Virus record (IMG/VR): IMGVR_UViG_3300022562_001969
Span: 22,115 to 86,114 of that record
Direction: 5' to 3' (one strand)
DNA from: a virus
DNA length: 64,000 bases
Shown here: one piece after another, positions 1 through 8,011 of the stretch
Layout: each line of letters begins with the position of its first letter
Numbering within the stretch: position 1 is the stretch's first letter
Notes under the pieces: model-generated
Told to the model about the DNA's origin: nothing
The model's input: only the letters and a program-made list of their open reading frames with translations
Databases searched by the model: none
Translations under genes and position numbers: made by a program

Positions 1-129
1 AGAGCGCGCCGGGCGAGCAGCCTCTGGGCCGGCCGGCCGGCGACCTGTGCCCGGAATGTGGCCAGGCGGCTTTTGTGCTTGAGGAGGGGTGTCAGAAATG
101 TTATGGTTGTGGGTTTAGTGAATGTTGAA

Positions 130-612
130 ATGAAAATGATATTTATTAAACCGGACTTAGAAGCGATTACCTTGTGGGAGCCGTGGGCCACTCTGGTGGC
201 CTATGGATACAAACAATATGAAACGCGATCCTGGCAGACACAGCATCGAGGGCCATTGCTGATTCACGCCGCCAGGCGGCCGCCCATGGCAGCGGATTTA
301 TCGCCCGCTCCTATTCGCCAGGCATTGGATGAAATTGGTATCAAGGCTGAAACTGATTTCCATTTAGGTTGCGGGATAGCCATTGTGCAACTAACGGGAG
401 TTTATCGAACTGAAGCGATAGTAGATAGATTGACTGACCAGGATTTAGCTTTTGGTGATTTTGCACTTGATCGTTACACCTGGGTCTTAATCGCTCCCCA
501 ACGCTTAAAAGAACCATTGCCATTGCGTGACCAAGAGGGAATATGGTCAGTAAGCGATGATGTAGCAAGGCGACTGCGGGCTTTTGAATTAGCAGGTGTT
601 AAAAGTATATGA
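130..612 (+). CDS. ASCH domain protein
   Basis: AITLWEPWATLVAYGYKQYETRSW...RGPLLIHA motif; start moved to ATG 130. Confidence 0.9.
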   Translation: MKMIFIKPDLEAITLWEPWATLVAYGYKQYETRSWQTQHRGPLLIHAARRPPMAADLSPAPIRQALDEIGIKAETDFHLGCGIAIVQLTGVYRTEAIVDRLTDQDLAFGDFALDRYTWVLIAPQRLKEPLPLRDQEGIWSVSDDVARRLRAFELAGVKSI

Positions 613-767
613 AGATCATAGTCAGAAGCAGAGCGGGCGGCTATTCTGGCCCGCTGCGTGGTTAAACGGCGGGGTGGCTTTGGCTTATTTCGTAGTTTCA
701 ATGTGCCCCCTAAAGGGCAACGGGATCGCAGAAAATTTATTCAGCAATCACAGGAGGATACAGGCGC

Positions 768-1724
768 GTGAGTTTTGAGATCAGGCGGAGATCGAAGCCG
801 GTGGGCGTTTTCTCGGACAACGGGACGTTGGGGCTGGATGTTTATTTGAGGCACATTGGCGGCCACGGTTATTTGAGCCGGGCCGGGGAATTGGCGCTAT
901 TTAACCAACTGGATGAGGCTTATCCGGAGCGGCTGGCCGCTAAACCGGGGGCCAGTTTCCCGGTCAACTGCCGGCCGATTGTCGCTGAAATCTCCGGCTA
1001 TTATTACAAATTGGTGGTGGCGGTGGCCAACGGCTACAAAGGGGGCCACACCCTCCCTTTCGCCGATCTCATCCAGGCCGGCAATGAGGGCCTGCTGCGG
1101 GCGATCTGGCGCTTTGATCAATCTCGCGGCCATCGCTTTTCCACCTACGCCACCTATTGGATCAGGCAGGCTGTTCTCCGGGCCATCCCGGAGCAGGGTC
1201 GCGCCATCCGGCTGCCGGTTTACCAATATAGCCGCTGGGTGCAGATCTGCCAATTGATAGATAATGGGGATCGGGATCAGGAGCCGGATTGGGCGGAAAT
1301 CGCCCGGAAAGTCAGCACCGCCGAGGCCCCGGTTACACCGGGGGGGGCGGTCCAGACCTTCCACCTGGGGCTGCGGTCGTTGACAGTCTCGCTGGATGAG
1401 CAATGGTACCCGGAGGAGGAGGAGACCGATAAATACGCGACAATTGCCGCCGAAACGCCGGGCGCGGAAGCGCTGATGGAAAAGATGGACGCCGCCGAAG
1501 TCATTAACCGGGCTTTAGATAAGCTGCCGGCCCGGCTGGCCAAAATCATCAGCCTCCGCTTTGGCCTGTCCGGGGACGCCCCGCTGATCCTGGAAGATAT
1601 TGCCAAAAAGTTTGGTCTGACCCGGGAGCGGGTCCGCCAACTGGAAAAGGAGGCGCTGGTGATGCTGCGCCAAAATGGCGACCTGGCCTGTTTGGTCGCG
1701 AAAAGTGAGACTGAAGATGGCTGA
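768..1724 (+). CDS. Sigma-70 family RNA polymerase sigma factor (RpoD/RpoS-like)
   Basis: Region 2 DLIQAGNEGLLRAIWRFD...FSTYATYWIRQA; region 4 LEDIAKKFGLTRERVRQLEKEAL. Confidence 0.95.
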   Translation: MSFEIRRRSKPVGVFSDNGTLGLDVYLRHIGGHGYLSRAGELALFNQLDEAYPERLAAKPGASFPVNCRPIVAEISGYYYKLVVAVANGYKGGHTLPFADLIQAGNEGLLRAIWRFDQSRGHRFSTYATYWIRQAVLRAIPEQGRAIRLPVYQYSRWVQICQLIDNGDRDQEPDWAEIARKVSTAEAPVTPGGAVQTFHLGLRSLTVSLDEQWYPEEEETDKYATIAAETPGAEALMEKMDAAEVINRALDKLPARLAKIISLRFGLSGDAPLILEDIAKKFGLTRERVRQLEKEALVMLRQNGDLACLVAKSETEDG

Positions 1725-1742
1725 CGAAATCGGTTTCAATCG

Positions 1743-1779
1743 GTTTCAATCTCTCATTCGAGATAATCGGCCTTTGAAC
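1743..1779 (-). CRISPR. Solitary 37-nt CRISPR repeat identical to array 1 repeat
   Basis: GTTTCAATCTCTCATTCGAGATAATCGGCCTTTGAAC exact copy; preceded by a duplicated CGGTTTCAAT (1731-1750). Confidence 0.95.
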
Positions 1780-1922
1780 GCGGCGTAGGCCGGGGCCGGC
1801 GCTCGCAAGGGAATGACGCCCGGCCGCTCGGCCGCGCCAGGCGCTAACCCCAACCAGACCAGGAGGCCCAACAAGCCCAGCAGCCCCCATTTGATATATG
1901 ACAAAATATGGCTATAATTCAT
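1746..1922 (-). CDS. 58-aa single-TM peptide (type I toxin-like); not in ORF track
   Basis: GAGGAG RBS; MNYSHILSYIKWGLLGLLGLLVWLGLAPGAAERPGVIPLRAPAPAYAAFKGRLSRMRD*; stop codon lies inside the solitary repeat. Confidence 0.65.
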   Translation of the reverse strand: MNYSHILSYIKWGLLGLLGLLVWLGLAPGAAERPGVIPLRAPAPAYAAFKGRLSRMRD

Positions 1923-2009
1923 CTTAGTCTTTACTCCTCTCTTTATACGTCAGGAGTTTGGATAATGAGTGAAGCCCCCCGCCTATCAGTAAAGCGGGGG
2001 ACTTTTTTT
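1891..2009 (+). ncRNA. Putative cis-antisense RNA (with promoter) over the RBS of the 1746-1922 peptide
   Basis: TTGATA-16-TATAAT (1891-1918), anti-SD TTTACTCCTCTC, terminator CCCCCGC...GCGGGGGACTTTTTTT. Confidence 0.6.
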
Positions 2010-2032
2010 ATGATCTGATTGGTAACCCCCTA

Positions 2033-2317
2033 TTAAGGATTTCTGTATATATCGTGATGCCCAATTTTTCTGAAAACAAAGGTAATTTCGCCAGTTTCGT
2101 CGTCTTCTTCCCGGTGAAATGTAAAGACATACCCAAGTGTTATATGGCCTTCCCAGATATCAGAATGTCCCTTCATTGGCTTAATCCGTAATGAGGGATG
2201 ATAAGGATGGAAAGGCTGTTCTTTGAATAACTTAAAGCTTTTTTTTGCTTGGTCTCGAATGTCAGTCGGCAATTGCTCAAAACACTTGCGAAAATGCCGG
2301 GTTACACGATATTTCAT
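2033..2317 (-). CDS. RelE/ParE-superfamily toxin
   Basis: 94 aa, TRHFRKCFEQLP...HPSLRIKPMKG...IWEGHI...IGHHDIY. Confidence 0.85.
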   Translation of the reverse strand: MKYRVTRHFRKCFEQLPTDIRDQAKKSFKLFKEQPFHPYHPSLRIKPMKGHSDIWEGHITLGYVFTFHREEDDETGEITFVFRKIGHHDIYRNP

Positions 2318-2327
2318 TATTGATAGG

Positions 2328-2651
2328 TTATAATGTCTCCAGGAAACCATCGAGCGAGTCAAAATCTTCGTACTGTCCGGTTTGTAAGTCGCGTTCAACT
2401 TCGCGTTCCCCGGCTTGCCATTCCGGTGTCCAGAACCAGGCCTGGGTTTGATCGGTTTCAACCGTTATCAAGCTGGAGGATGTATATATATTGGCGATCA
2501 ATTGGCCGGTCATTACATTATTTCGCACATCAAATATATAAAAACAGGCCGGCGGTTGTCCCCATTCTTCTTCGCCAGGATGACTATGAATAAAAATAGC
2601 GGCTGATCCTTCTTCACTTGAAGCCAGCGTTTTGGTGTTACTTTCAATCAT
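2328..2651 (-). CDS. Putative antitoxin with N-terminal extension
   Basis: C-terminal QAWFWTPEWQAGEREVERDLQTGQYEDFDSLDGFL resembles antitoxins paired with this toxin group; lies directly upstream of the toxin. Confidence 0.75.
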   Translation of the reverse strand: MIESNTKTLASSEEGSAAIFIHSHPGEEEWGQPPACFYIFDVRNNVMTGQLIANIYTSSSLITVETDQTQAWFWTPEWQAGEREVERDLQTGQYEDFDSLDGFLETL

Positions 2652-3327
2652 GGTTGTTCCCCTGTATAAATGTTTTGACTTGATTTTCAATAAACCTGTC
2701 AACCTCGGTGATCCGGTCTGTTGGCTTAAATTCCCCTGTTTGTACCCACTTAAAAATAGCCTCGATAAAGAATTGTTTTGTATTCCCTAGATATGACTCT
2801 ATTTTGATCTCTATTTGCGGCGAACCATCATCAGTGTGGGGCATAACAAATCTAAGCCCCCCCCCCAGAATTGGCCTGCCAAATATGGATAATGACGCTT
2901 CAGGCTGTCTTAAGCGAGTGACCCATAATTCTTGAAATGCATGGTCACCTGAAGCTTGATAAAGATAACGAATAGATGCGTCACAAGATAAAATCTGACG
3001 CGATCCTGTCCAGGTAGACCGGAAAGCTTGAATAACCATATCGACGATTCTGGAAAATTCATCCGGTATATAGGTCGGATTAGGGTTAGCGATTATGAGT
3101 AACTGGCCGATAGGAGCATCAATATTGGCCCCAATTTTTATTTGAAGCGGCGGCGTCTTTTTGAGAATCAGTATCCCATTATCAGCTGTTAGCTCACCTC
3201 TATCATAATCAACGCCAGCGTTCAATATCGCTTGTTGAAAGGCGATCAATCGTTGTTTATTTATTTCAGGTGGGGGGGATAAAACATAATTAATTCCTAA
3301 ATGTAACAAAACCCCTTCATCATGCAT
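2644..3327 (-). CDS. Hypothetical protein, TIGR04255-like
   Basis: 227-aa alpha/beta protein, AT-rich; its end overlaps the antitoxin start; family call by recollection only. Confidence 0.5.
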   Translation of the reverse strand: MHDEGVLLHLGINYVLSPPPEINKQRLIAFQQAILNAGVDYDRGELTADNGILILKKTPPLQIKIGANIDAPIGQLLIIANPNPTYIPDEFSRIVDMVIQAFRSTWTGSRQILSCDASIRYLYQASGDHAFQELWVTRLRQPEASLSIFGRPILGGGLRFVMPHTDDGSPQIEIKIESYLGNTKQFFIEAIFKWVQTGEFKPTDRITEVDRFIENQVKTFIQGNNHD

Positions 3328-3363
3328 TCCTTAAACCCCTTTCTGTAAAAGTTTTGAAGATGA

Positions 3364-3984
3364 GTTTCAATCTCTCATTCGAGATAATCGGCCTTTGAAC
3401 CTGACGCAAAAAGCGGCGCAAAAAATGGCGCAGATTGAGTTTCAATCTCTCATTCGAGATAATCGGCCTTTGAACAGCATCTAACCACATCTAGCAATAG
3501 GCAAAAAAGAGGTTTCAATCTCTCATTCGAGATAATCGGCCTTTGAACATAAAAATAGTATACCATAAATTTGCCGAGTGTGCAGTTTCAATCTCTCATT
3601 CGAGATAATCGGCCTTTGAACTGATGTTAAGATTGTGGGGACGGTGGCCAGCTTGTTGTTTCAATCTCTCATTCGAGATAATCGGCCTTTGAACCAGATA
3701 ATGGCCAAGGTTGCCAAGTATTACGGTGTGTTTCAATCTCTCATTCGAGATAATCGGCCTTTGAACAGGACAAATGAGCGGAATTGTAGAGGTTGTAAAC
3801 GGGTTTCAATCTCTCATTCGAGATAATCGGCCTTTGAACAGTGACGATCCACTAGCAGGCGCAACTTTTTAAGGAGTTTCAATCTCTCATTCGAGATAAT
3901 CGGCCTTTGAACGCGGGCGCAATTGGATGAGGCCATCAATGAGGCGGGTTTCAATCTCTCATTCGAGATAATCGGCCTTTGAAC
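3364..3984 (-). CRISPR. CRISPR array 1: 9 identical 37-nt repeats, 8 spacers (35-38 nt); subtype uncertain (I-D/I-B/III-like)
   Basis: Repeats start at 3364, 3439, 3512, 3585, 3658, 3730, 3803, 3876, 3948; the minus-strand repeat ends ATTGAAAC; no leader and no cas genes. Confidence 0.97.
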
Positions 3985-4019
3985 AGCGGTCGTCCATCGT
4001 CTATCGTCGCCGGTCGTCG

Positions 4020-4472
4020 TCAGTTCCGCAGGCGCTTAATCCGGTCCATCTTGCGGGTCATGAGGCCGCTCAAGCGATAAATGGCCTTAACCACGATAGC
4101 CTGACGGCTGAGGCCGAGCAGCAGGCCGTCGTGATAGCTGGAAAGGTCGCCGATGTGGGAGGCGATGGCCGGGCTGTGGAAGCCGGGCCGGGGGTAGTCG
4201 TGGGCGAAGCGGTTGCGGATGTGGTTAATGATCGTCAGGTCGTCAAAGTCGGCCTGGTCTATCAGGCCGGTGCAGAGGGCCAGCCGGCGGCGGGTGACCG
4301 CCCGTTCCAGGAGGGCCGTTTTCTGGGTTTTGCTGCCCAGGAGGGCCACGTCCAGGAGTCGGTAGAGGACCTGGTCCAGGTGGGCCGCGCCGCGAATGGC
4401 GATCTCGGAATCGATGACGGTCTTGATTTGGGGATTGGTTTGGGGCTGTGCTAAAATAGATACAGCTTGCAT
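4020..4472 (-). CDS. MtlR-like / HEPN-family protein (copy 1)
   Basis: IRNRFAH (RxxxxH) motif and DSEIAIRGAAHLDQ; start at ATG 4472 after AAGGAG; paralog at 58464. Confidence 0.8.
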   Translation of the reverse strand: MQAVSILAQPQTNPQIKTVIDSEIAIRGAAHLDQVLYRLLDVALLGSKTQKTALLERAVTRRRLALCTGLIDQADFDDLTIINHIRNRFAHDYPRPGFHSPAIASHIGDLSSYHDGLLLGLSRQAIVVKAIYRLSGLMTRKMDRIKRLRN

Positions 4473-4545
4473 GGTAAGTTCACTCCTTACTGTGCTTGTT
4501 AGAGTTCCGTCGGTGGTATCAACACCGGCGGAATTCGTCATTTAA
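4449..4545 (+). ncRNA. Putative cis-antisense RNA over the start of HEPN copy 1
   Basis: Extended -10 TGcTAAAAT 4449-4457; hairpin TTCCGTCGGTG...CACCGGCGGAA 4505-4533. Confidence 0.55.
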
Positions 4546-4554
4546 TTGACCTTC

Positions 4555-4583
4555 ATTATAAATCTGTTTGGGGAAAAGGTCAA
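4555..4583 (-). promoter_or_regulatory. Sigma-70 promoter for HEPN gene and array 1
   Basis: TTGACC-17-TATAAT. Confidence 0.8.
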
Positions 4584-4595
4584 AAAGCGGGGGGG

Positions 4596-4613
4596 ATGTT
4601 CGCACGCGAACAT
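4596..4613. promoter_or_regulatory. Palindrome TGTTCGCnnGCGAACA, copy 1 of 6 (others 7723-7738, 9316-9335, 39130-39145, 48431-48454, 58321-58340)
   Basis: Directly visible; four copies lie next to sigma-70 promoters. Confidence 0.7.
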
Positions 4614-4615
4614 TC

Positions 4616-4687
4616 GACGATAGACGTTGATAATTGACAATTGACAATTGACAATTGACAATGGTCGTCCATCGTCCATCGTCGTCT
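4616..4687. repeat. Heptamer tracts: GACGAT(G/A) inverted pair around (TTGACAA)n
   Basis: Example of the dispersed heptamer families described in findings. Confidence 0.85.
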
Positions 4688-4704
4688 AATTGATTTCATG
4701 CGCG

Positions 4705-4733
4705 TTGACAGGCGGGCATAATATATGTATCAT
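4705..4733 (+). promoter_or_regulatory. Promoter giving a leaderless mRNA for the RHH protein
   Basis: TTGACA-17-TATCAT, ATG 7 nt after the -10, no SD. Confidence 0.7.
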
Positions 4734-4740
4734 ATGTAAT

Positions 4741-4911
4741 ATGACGACAGAACGCGAACCGGAAAAAATGAAACCGTATCCTGTAAATTTTCCGCCCAGC
4801 CTATGGCTGGCTGCCCGCCGTAAAGCGGGGGTGCGTTCGCTGGCCGGGATTATCCGGCGGCTGATAATAATGTGGTTAAGGGAGGAGGTTGTTCTGATGG
4901 ATGATGAATAG
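4741..4911 (+). CDS. Small ribbon-helix-helix (CopG/Arc-like) regulator
   Basis: 56 aa, PYPVNFPPSLWLAARRKAG-SLAGIIRRLI beta-alpha-alpha pattern. Confidence 0.65.
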   Translation: MTTEREPEKMKPYPVNFPPSLWLAARRKAGVRSLAGIIRRLIIMWLREEVVLMDDE

Positions 4912-4954
4912 ATAATAGATAATTGTCAATTGTCAATTATCAATTGTCAATTAT

Positions 4955-5061
4955 AAACAGAGGGCCATCCGGGTGCAACCGGTGGCCCCGCTTACATACT
5001 ATATCAGGGGCACAGCATGCAAGGTACTTTTTATTTTACCAACGATAAAAAAAATAGACAA
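4955..5061 (-). ncRNA. Putative cis-antisense RNA over the start of ORF 5017-5205
   Basis: TTGTCT-17-TAAAAT (5061-5033); terminator GGGCCACCGG...CCGGATGGCCCTCTGTTT. Confidence 0.55.
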
Positions 5062-5205
5062 ATGCCGCCGCCCCCTTTCAATTTTTTGTTAGTTTTCCCC
5101 ACAGGCGTGGGGGTGAACCGGGAGGAGCTATGGCAAAGCGTAGGGTTAAGTGCCCGCAGTGCGGGTATAGACACATCATCAACATTCCCAGTCGGAAAGC
5201 GATGA
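5017..5205 (+). CDS. Small leader ORF reading through a solitary CRISPR repeat
   Basis: 62 aa; has the antisense architecture; overlaps the next gene. Confidence 0.35.
   Translation: MQGTFYFTNDKKNRQMPPPPFNFLLVFPTGVGVNREELWQSVGLSARSAGIDTSSTFPVGKR
5092..5120 (+). CRISPR. Solitary type I-E repeat abutting an RBS
   Basis: GTTTTCCCCACAGGCGTGGGGGTGAACCG immediately followed by GGAGGAGCTATG. Confidence 0.92.
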
Positions 5206-5882
5206 CGGTGGGCGTGCGAGCCAAACGGATCACGGCCAACCAGTTTGAATACACCCTAAACGGTCCCGCCGAAATCTCGGATGACGCCAGATTTAGCACG
5301 GTGGCTGACGACCTGGTCCTGTCCGGCGCGTTTGGCGGCGCGTTGGGAGCCGTGGCGGGGGGCGCGGTGGCTGTCTTCGCGCCGGAGTACGCCCTGCACG
5401 GGGCCGGCGTGGGCATGAGCGCCGGGGTAGCCCTGGCCTGGGGCTGGTTGTGCGCGGAACATAACCAACGGCTGAAACGGGTGTTGCCCTGGTTCGTTGA
5501 GCAGCGGCAAAACTGGAAACGGCCCGAGCTGGGGGACGATGGCGAGATCAGGCTGACGGTAGATCATCTCCATCGGGACAGCTACAGCGAGCAAGGCCGC
5601 TCCATCGCCCTCCTGGGGACCCTACCGGTCGATGTGGAGCGCTTCCGGGCCTGGGCGCAAGGGGCCATCCGGGGCGATAGCCTGGCCATCAAACACTGGA
5701 CGGGAGCCGAACGGCCTTTCAGCCGGGATGAGTATGATCGCCTGCTGCTCAAAATGAGGGCGGCCAATATAGTGACCAATCTGCCGGGGAAGGGCAATAC
5801 CCTGACCAATCCCGGCAAGCACGCTCTGAAACGTATCCTGGCCGAGACCCCCTCCCCTACCCCGGCTGAGGAGCGTGCGTGA
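5130..5882 (+). CDS. Hypothetical membrane protein (Zn knuckle, 2 TM, C-terminal wHTH-like)
   Basis: CPQC motif, Gly/Ala-rich TM hairpin, GKGNTLTNPGK tail; strong RBS. Confidence 0.7.
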   Translation: MAKRRVKCPQCGYRHIINIPSRKAMTVGVRAKRITANQFEYTLNGPAEISDDARFSTVADDLVLSGAFGGALGAVAGGAVAVFAPEYALHGAGVGMSAGVALAWGWLCAEHNQRLKRVLPWFVEQRQNWKRPELGDDGEIRLTVDHLHRDSYSEQGRSIALLGTLPVDVERFRAWAQGAIRGDSLAIKHWTGAERPFSRDEYDRLLLKMRAANIVTNLPGKGNTLTNPGKHALKRILAETPSPTPAEERA

Positions 5883-6088
5883 TGCCAAAAAGCCCGGAAA
5901 ATGCACGCACGCACGTGCCCGCCCGCTCCAGATGGGGCTATAGCGTCTCCTATTGGCCCAGCAAAAGCGAATTCAGGATTGTTAACTATGGCCAGGGGGA
6001 GCTGATCAAGTCGTTGCTGTTTTGGTGGCGTTTGCGCCGCCATCCCTCATTTAAGAATGTACGATGGTCGTTAATCACTGATTGGTAA
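5879..6088 (+). CDS. Hypothetical protein
   Basis: GTGA overlap with the upstream gene. Confidence 0.45.
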   Translation: MMPKSPENARTHVPARSRWGYSVSYWPSKSEFRIVNYGQGELIKSLLFWWRLRRHPSFKNVRWSLITDW

Positions 6089-6094
6089 GGTGCT

Positions 6095-6910
6095 ATGACA
6101 AAACCAGACAATAAACAGAAACCTTTCATCATCCGCTATAGAGAATTTTGGACCAATGTCCAGGCGATGATCTTCTACCCCTTCCAGAATATCGGCCCTT
6201 TCATTGTGGCCGCTATGCCGGCGCTCTTCACCGGCCATAGCGTCTACACCTGGTACGCGGAAACCAGCGCCGCCTGGCTGGCCATGCTCATTAGCTGCGT
6301 GGTGGCTATTGCCATGGAGGCGATCAATATCAACGTGGTCCATACATCCCTCGATCTTTTTGAGCAAAAACAAAATGGCAAGGGTTGGCTGATGGCCCTT
6401 TTCTCCCTCATTGTAATGGCCCTGGTTTCGACCGTTATCGGCTTCAGTGAAGGGGACCTATCCCCCTTGATCAAGGGGTTGGCCGTCTCCAGCCCCTGGC
6501 TCACCGGCATTGTCTACCTGGCGGTCGGGATGGCGCAGGGCATCCACCAGGAGAAACAGCAAGCCGATTTGGACAGAAACGAGCGGCGTCAATCCGAGGC
6601 GGAACAACGTGAGTTCGAGCGACAATTGAAGCTAAAAGAGATAGACAAAAATCACGAATTACGATTAGCCAAAATTGAAGCGGCTAAAAGTGTTCAATCG
6701 AGTGTCAAGCCAACTGTTCAATCGAGTGTCAAGGGGTTGACACCTGAAGATGTCAAAAACGCTGTTTCCCAATCGGAAAAGCCGGTTAACATTACACAAT
6801 TGGCTAAAGATTTACAAGTAAGCCGGACAACACTTTACACTAAACTGAACGGTCTGGTAGATAGTGGGGAAATGATTAAAAATGGGAACGGTTACGAGGT
6901 AATCAAATAA
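6095..6910 (+). CDS. Multi-TM + coiled-coil + C-terminal HTH protein
   Basis: 4 TM segments, QEKQQADLDRNERRQ coil, NITQLAKDLQVSRTTLYTKL HTH. Confidence 0.8.
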   Translation: MTKPDNKQKPFIIRYREFWTNVQAMIFYPFQNIGPFIVAAMPALFTGHSVYTWYAETSAAWLAMLISCVVAIAMEAININVVHTSLDLFEQKQNGKGWLMALFSLIVMALVSTVIGFSEGDLSPLIKGLAVSSPWLTGIVYLAVGMAQGIHQEKQQADLDRNERRQSEAEQREFERQLKLKEIDKNHELRLAKIEAAKSVQSSVKPTVQSSVKGLTPEDVKNAVSQSEKPVNITQLAKDLQVSRTTLYTKLNGLVDSGEMIKNGNGYEVIK

Positions 6911-6924
6911 TTTATGAAGACCGC

Positions 6925-7059
6925 TTGGTCAAACGCTGTTTATGGTGCAATGGTTTAGGTTATGATACCTACCTGGGCCACACTTGCGATATGTGTAACG
7001 GCAAAGGTGGAAAATGGGAACGGGTGAGGGTACTAGTAGGTGAGGAAGTAATAGAATGA
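6925..7059 (+). CDS. Small DnaJ-type zinc-finger peptide (start uncertain); not in ORF track
   Basis: CLWCNGLG...CDMCNGKG; stop overlaps the next ATG (ATGA). Confidence 0.5.
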   Translation: MVKRCLWCNGLGYDTYLGHTCDMCNGKGGKWERVRVLVGEEVIE

Positions 7060-7547
7060 GAAAAATAATGCTCTTGGCATTAACTTTAATTATCTTGACA
7101 GGCTGCAATAGTAGCGTCAAAAACGCTAAAGCCGAAGCCATACGTCACCAGACTGACCGCGCAGACGATTGGCACATTGCCAGATTAGAGGAATCCGAGG
7201 CTTTAATGCCAGTCAGAATTATGGTCAAGGAAGTGCTTTGGTATACCGGTATGGTTAGCGGTATCCTTCTCCTTTTAGGTAGCGGCCTGGCCGGTGGCTG
7301 GTGGATGGTAGGCACATCAGTCAACAGGGTGAAATTTCACCGGGTCAGTCTGGATGTCCAGACAAGGCAGTATCCACTGTTGGTTTATGGCAACGGCCGG
7401 CGGGTCTTCAACCCGAATACCGGCGAACGGCTATTGTTGGCCGAAAACAGTGAAGCGTCTTTGACCCGGATCGAGGCCAGTACAAAGGTACAACTGGCGG
7501 GGATGCTACCGGATCGGATGATAATAGATGATCCTCATCATCACTAA
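7056..7547 (+). CDS. Putative lipoprotein with an extra TM segment
   Basis: MRKIMLLALTLIILTGC lipobox. Confidence 0.75.
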   Translation: MRKIMLLALTLIILTGCNSSVKNAKAEAIRHQTDRADDWHIARLEESEALMPVRIMVKEVLWYTGMVSGILLLLGSGLAGGWWMVGTSVNRVKFHRVSLDVQTRQYPLLVYGNGRRVFNPNTGERLLLAENSEASLTRIEASTKVQLAGMLPDRMIIDDPHHH

Positions 7548-8011
7548 CCCCACCAGGCGCAGCCGGTCATCGAGCGGCAGATTATCATGGTGGTGGGGCC
7601 GGGTCAGTCGCGGGGGGAGATGTGGCGGCAGTTAAGCGCGAGCTATGACGATAGACGACGGTAGACGATAGACGATAGACGGCCGGTGACCGTTTAGCTA
7701 TCGTCCATCGTCCATCGTCGAATGTTCGCGTGCGAACACTTACCTTAGATCTACTCTTCGCCGGTGGCGTAACCCAGTATCTGACCTATCGGCCGCCCGG
7801 TGACAATCTCCAGCAAAGTGTCAGTGTCATCCGGACCAACCTCATCAAATCGCCTCGCCAAATGCGATACAACCTGAAATACGGCTTCCTGGACGGCCAG
7901 GGCCTCGGCCGGGTCTATCTGGTCGGCCGGAGTGTTACCAGCACTCGGGCGGCCTGCCAATCAAATCCTTACCAGGTGGACGCGGATGAGGGGAGTTTTA
8001 TGGTTAGTGAG

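Noticed and set aside
1729-2464. Sequence after the 37-nt solitary repeat (1742-1729) matches 2464-2451 in the antitoxin at 13/14
   Set aside because: Mismatch at seed position 3, no recognisable PAM, and the sequence is largely a duplicate of the repeat end; could be chance
3401-3947. Self-targets for array 1 spacers
   Set aside because: Only matches of about 10-12 nt found by eye; needs a computed search
4596-4613. Palindrome as a LexA/SOS box
   Set aside because: Arrangement is GTTC-N6-GAAC, not GAAC-N4-GTTC
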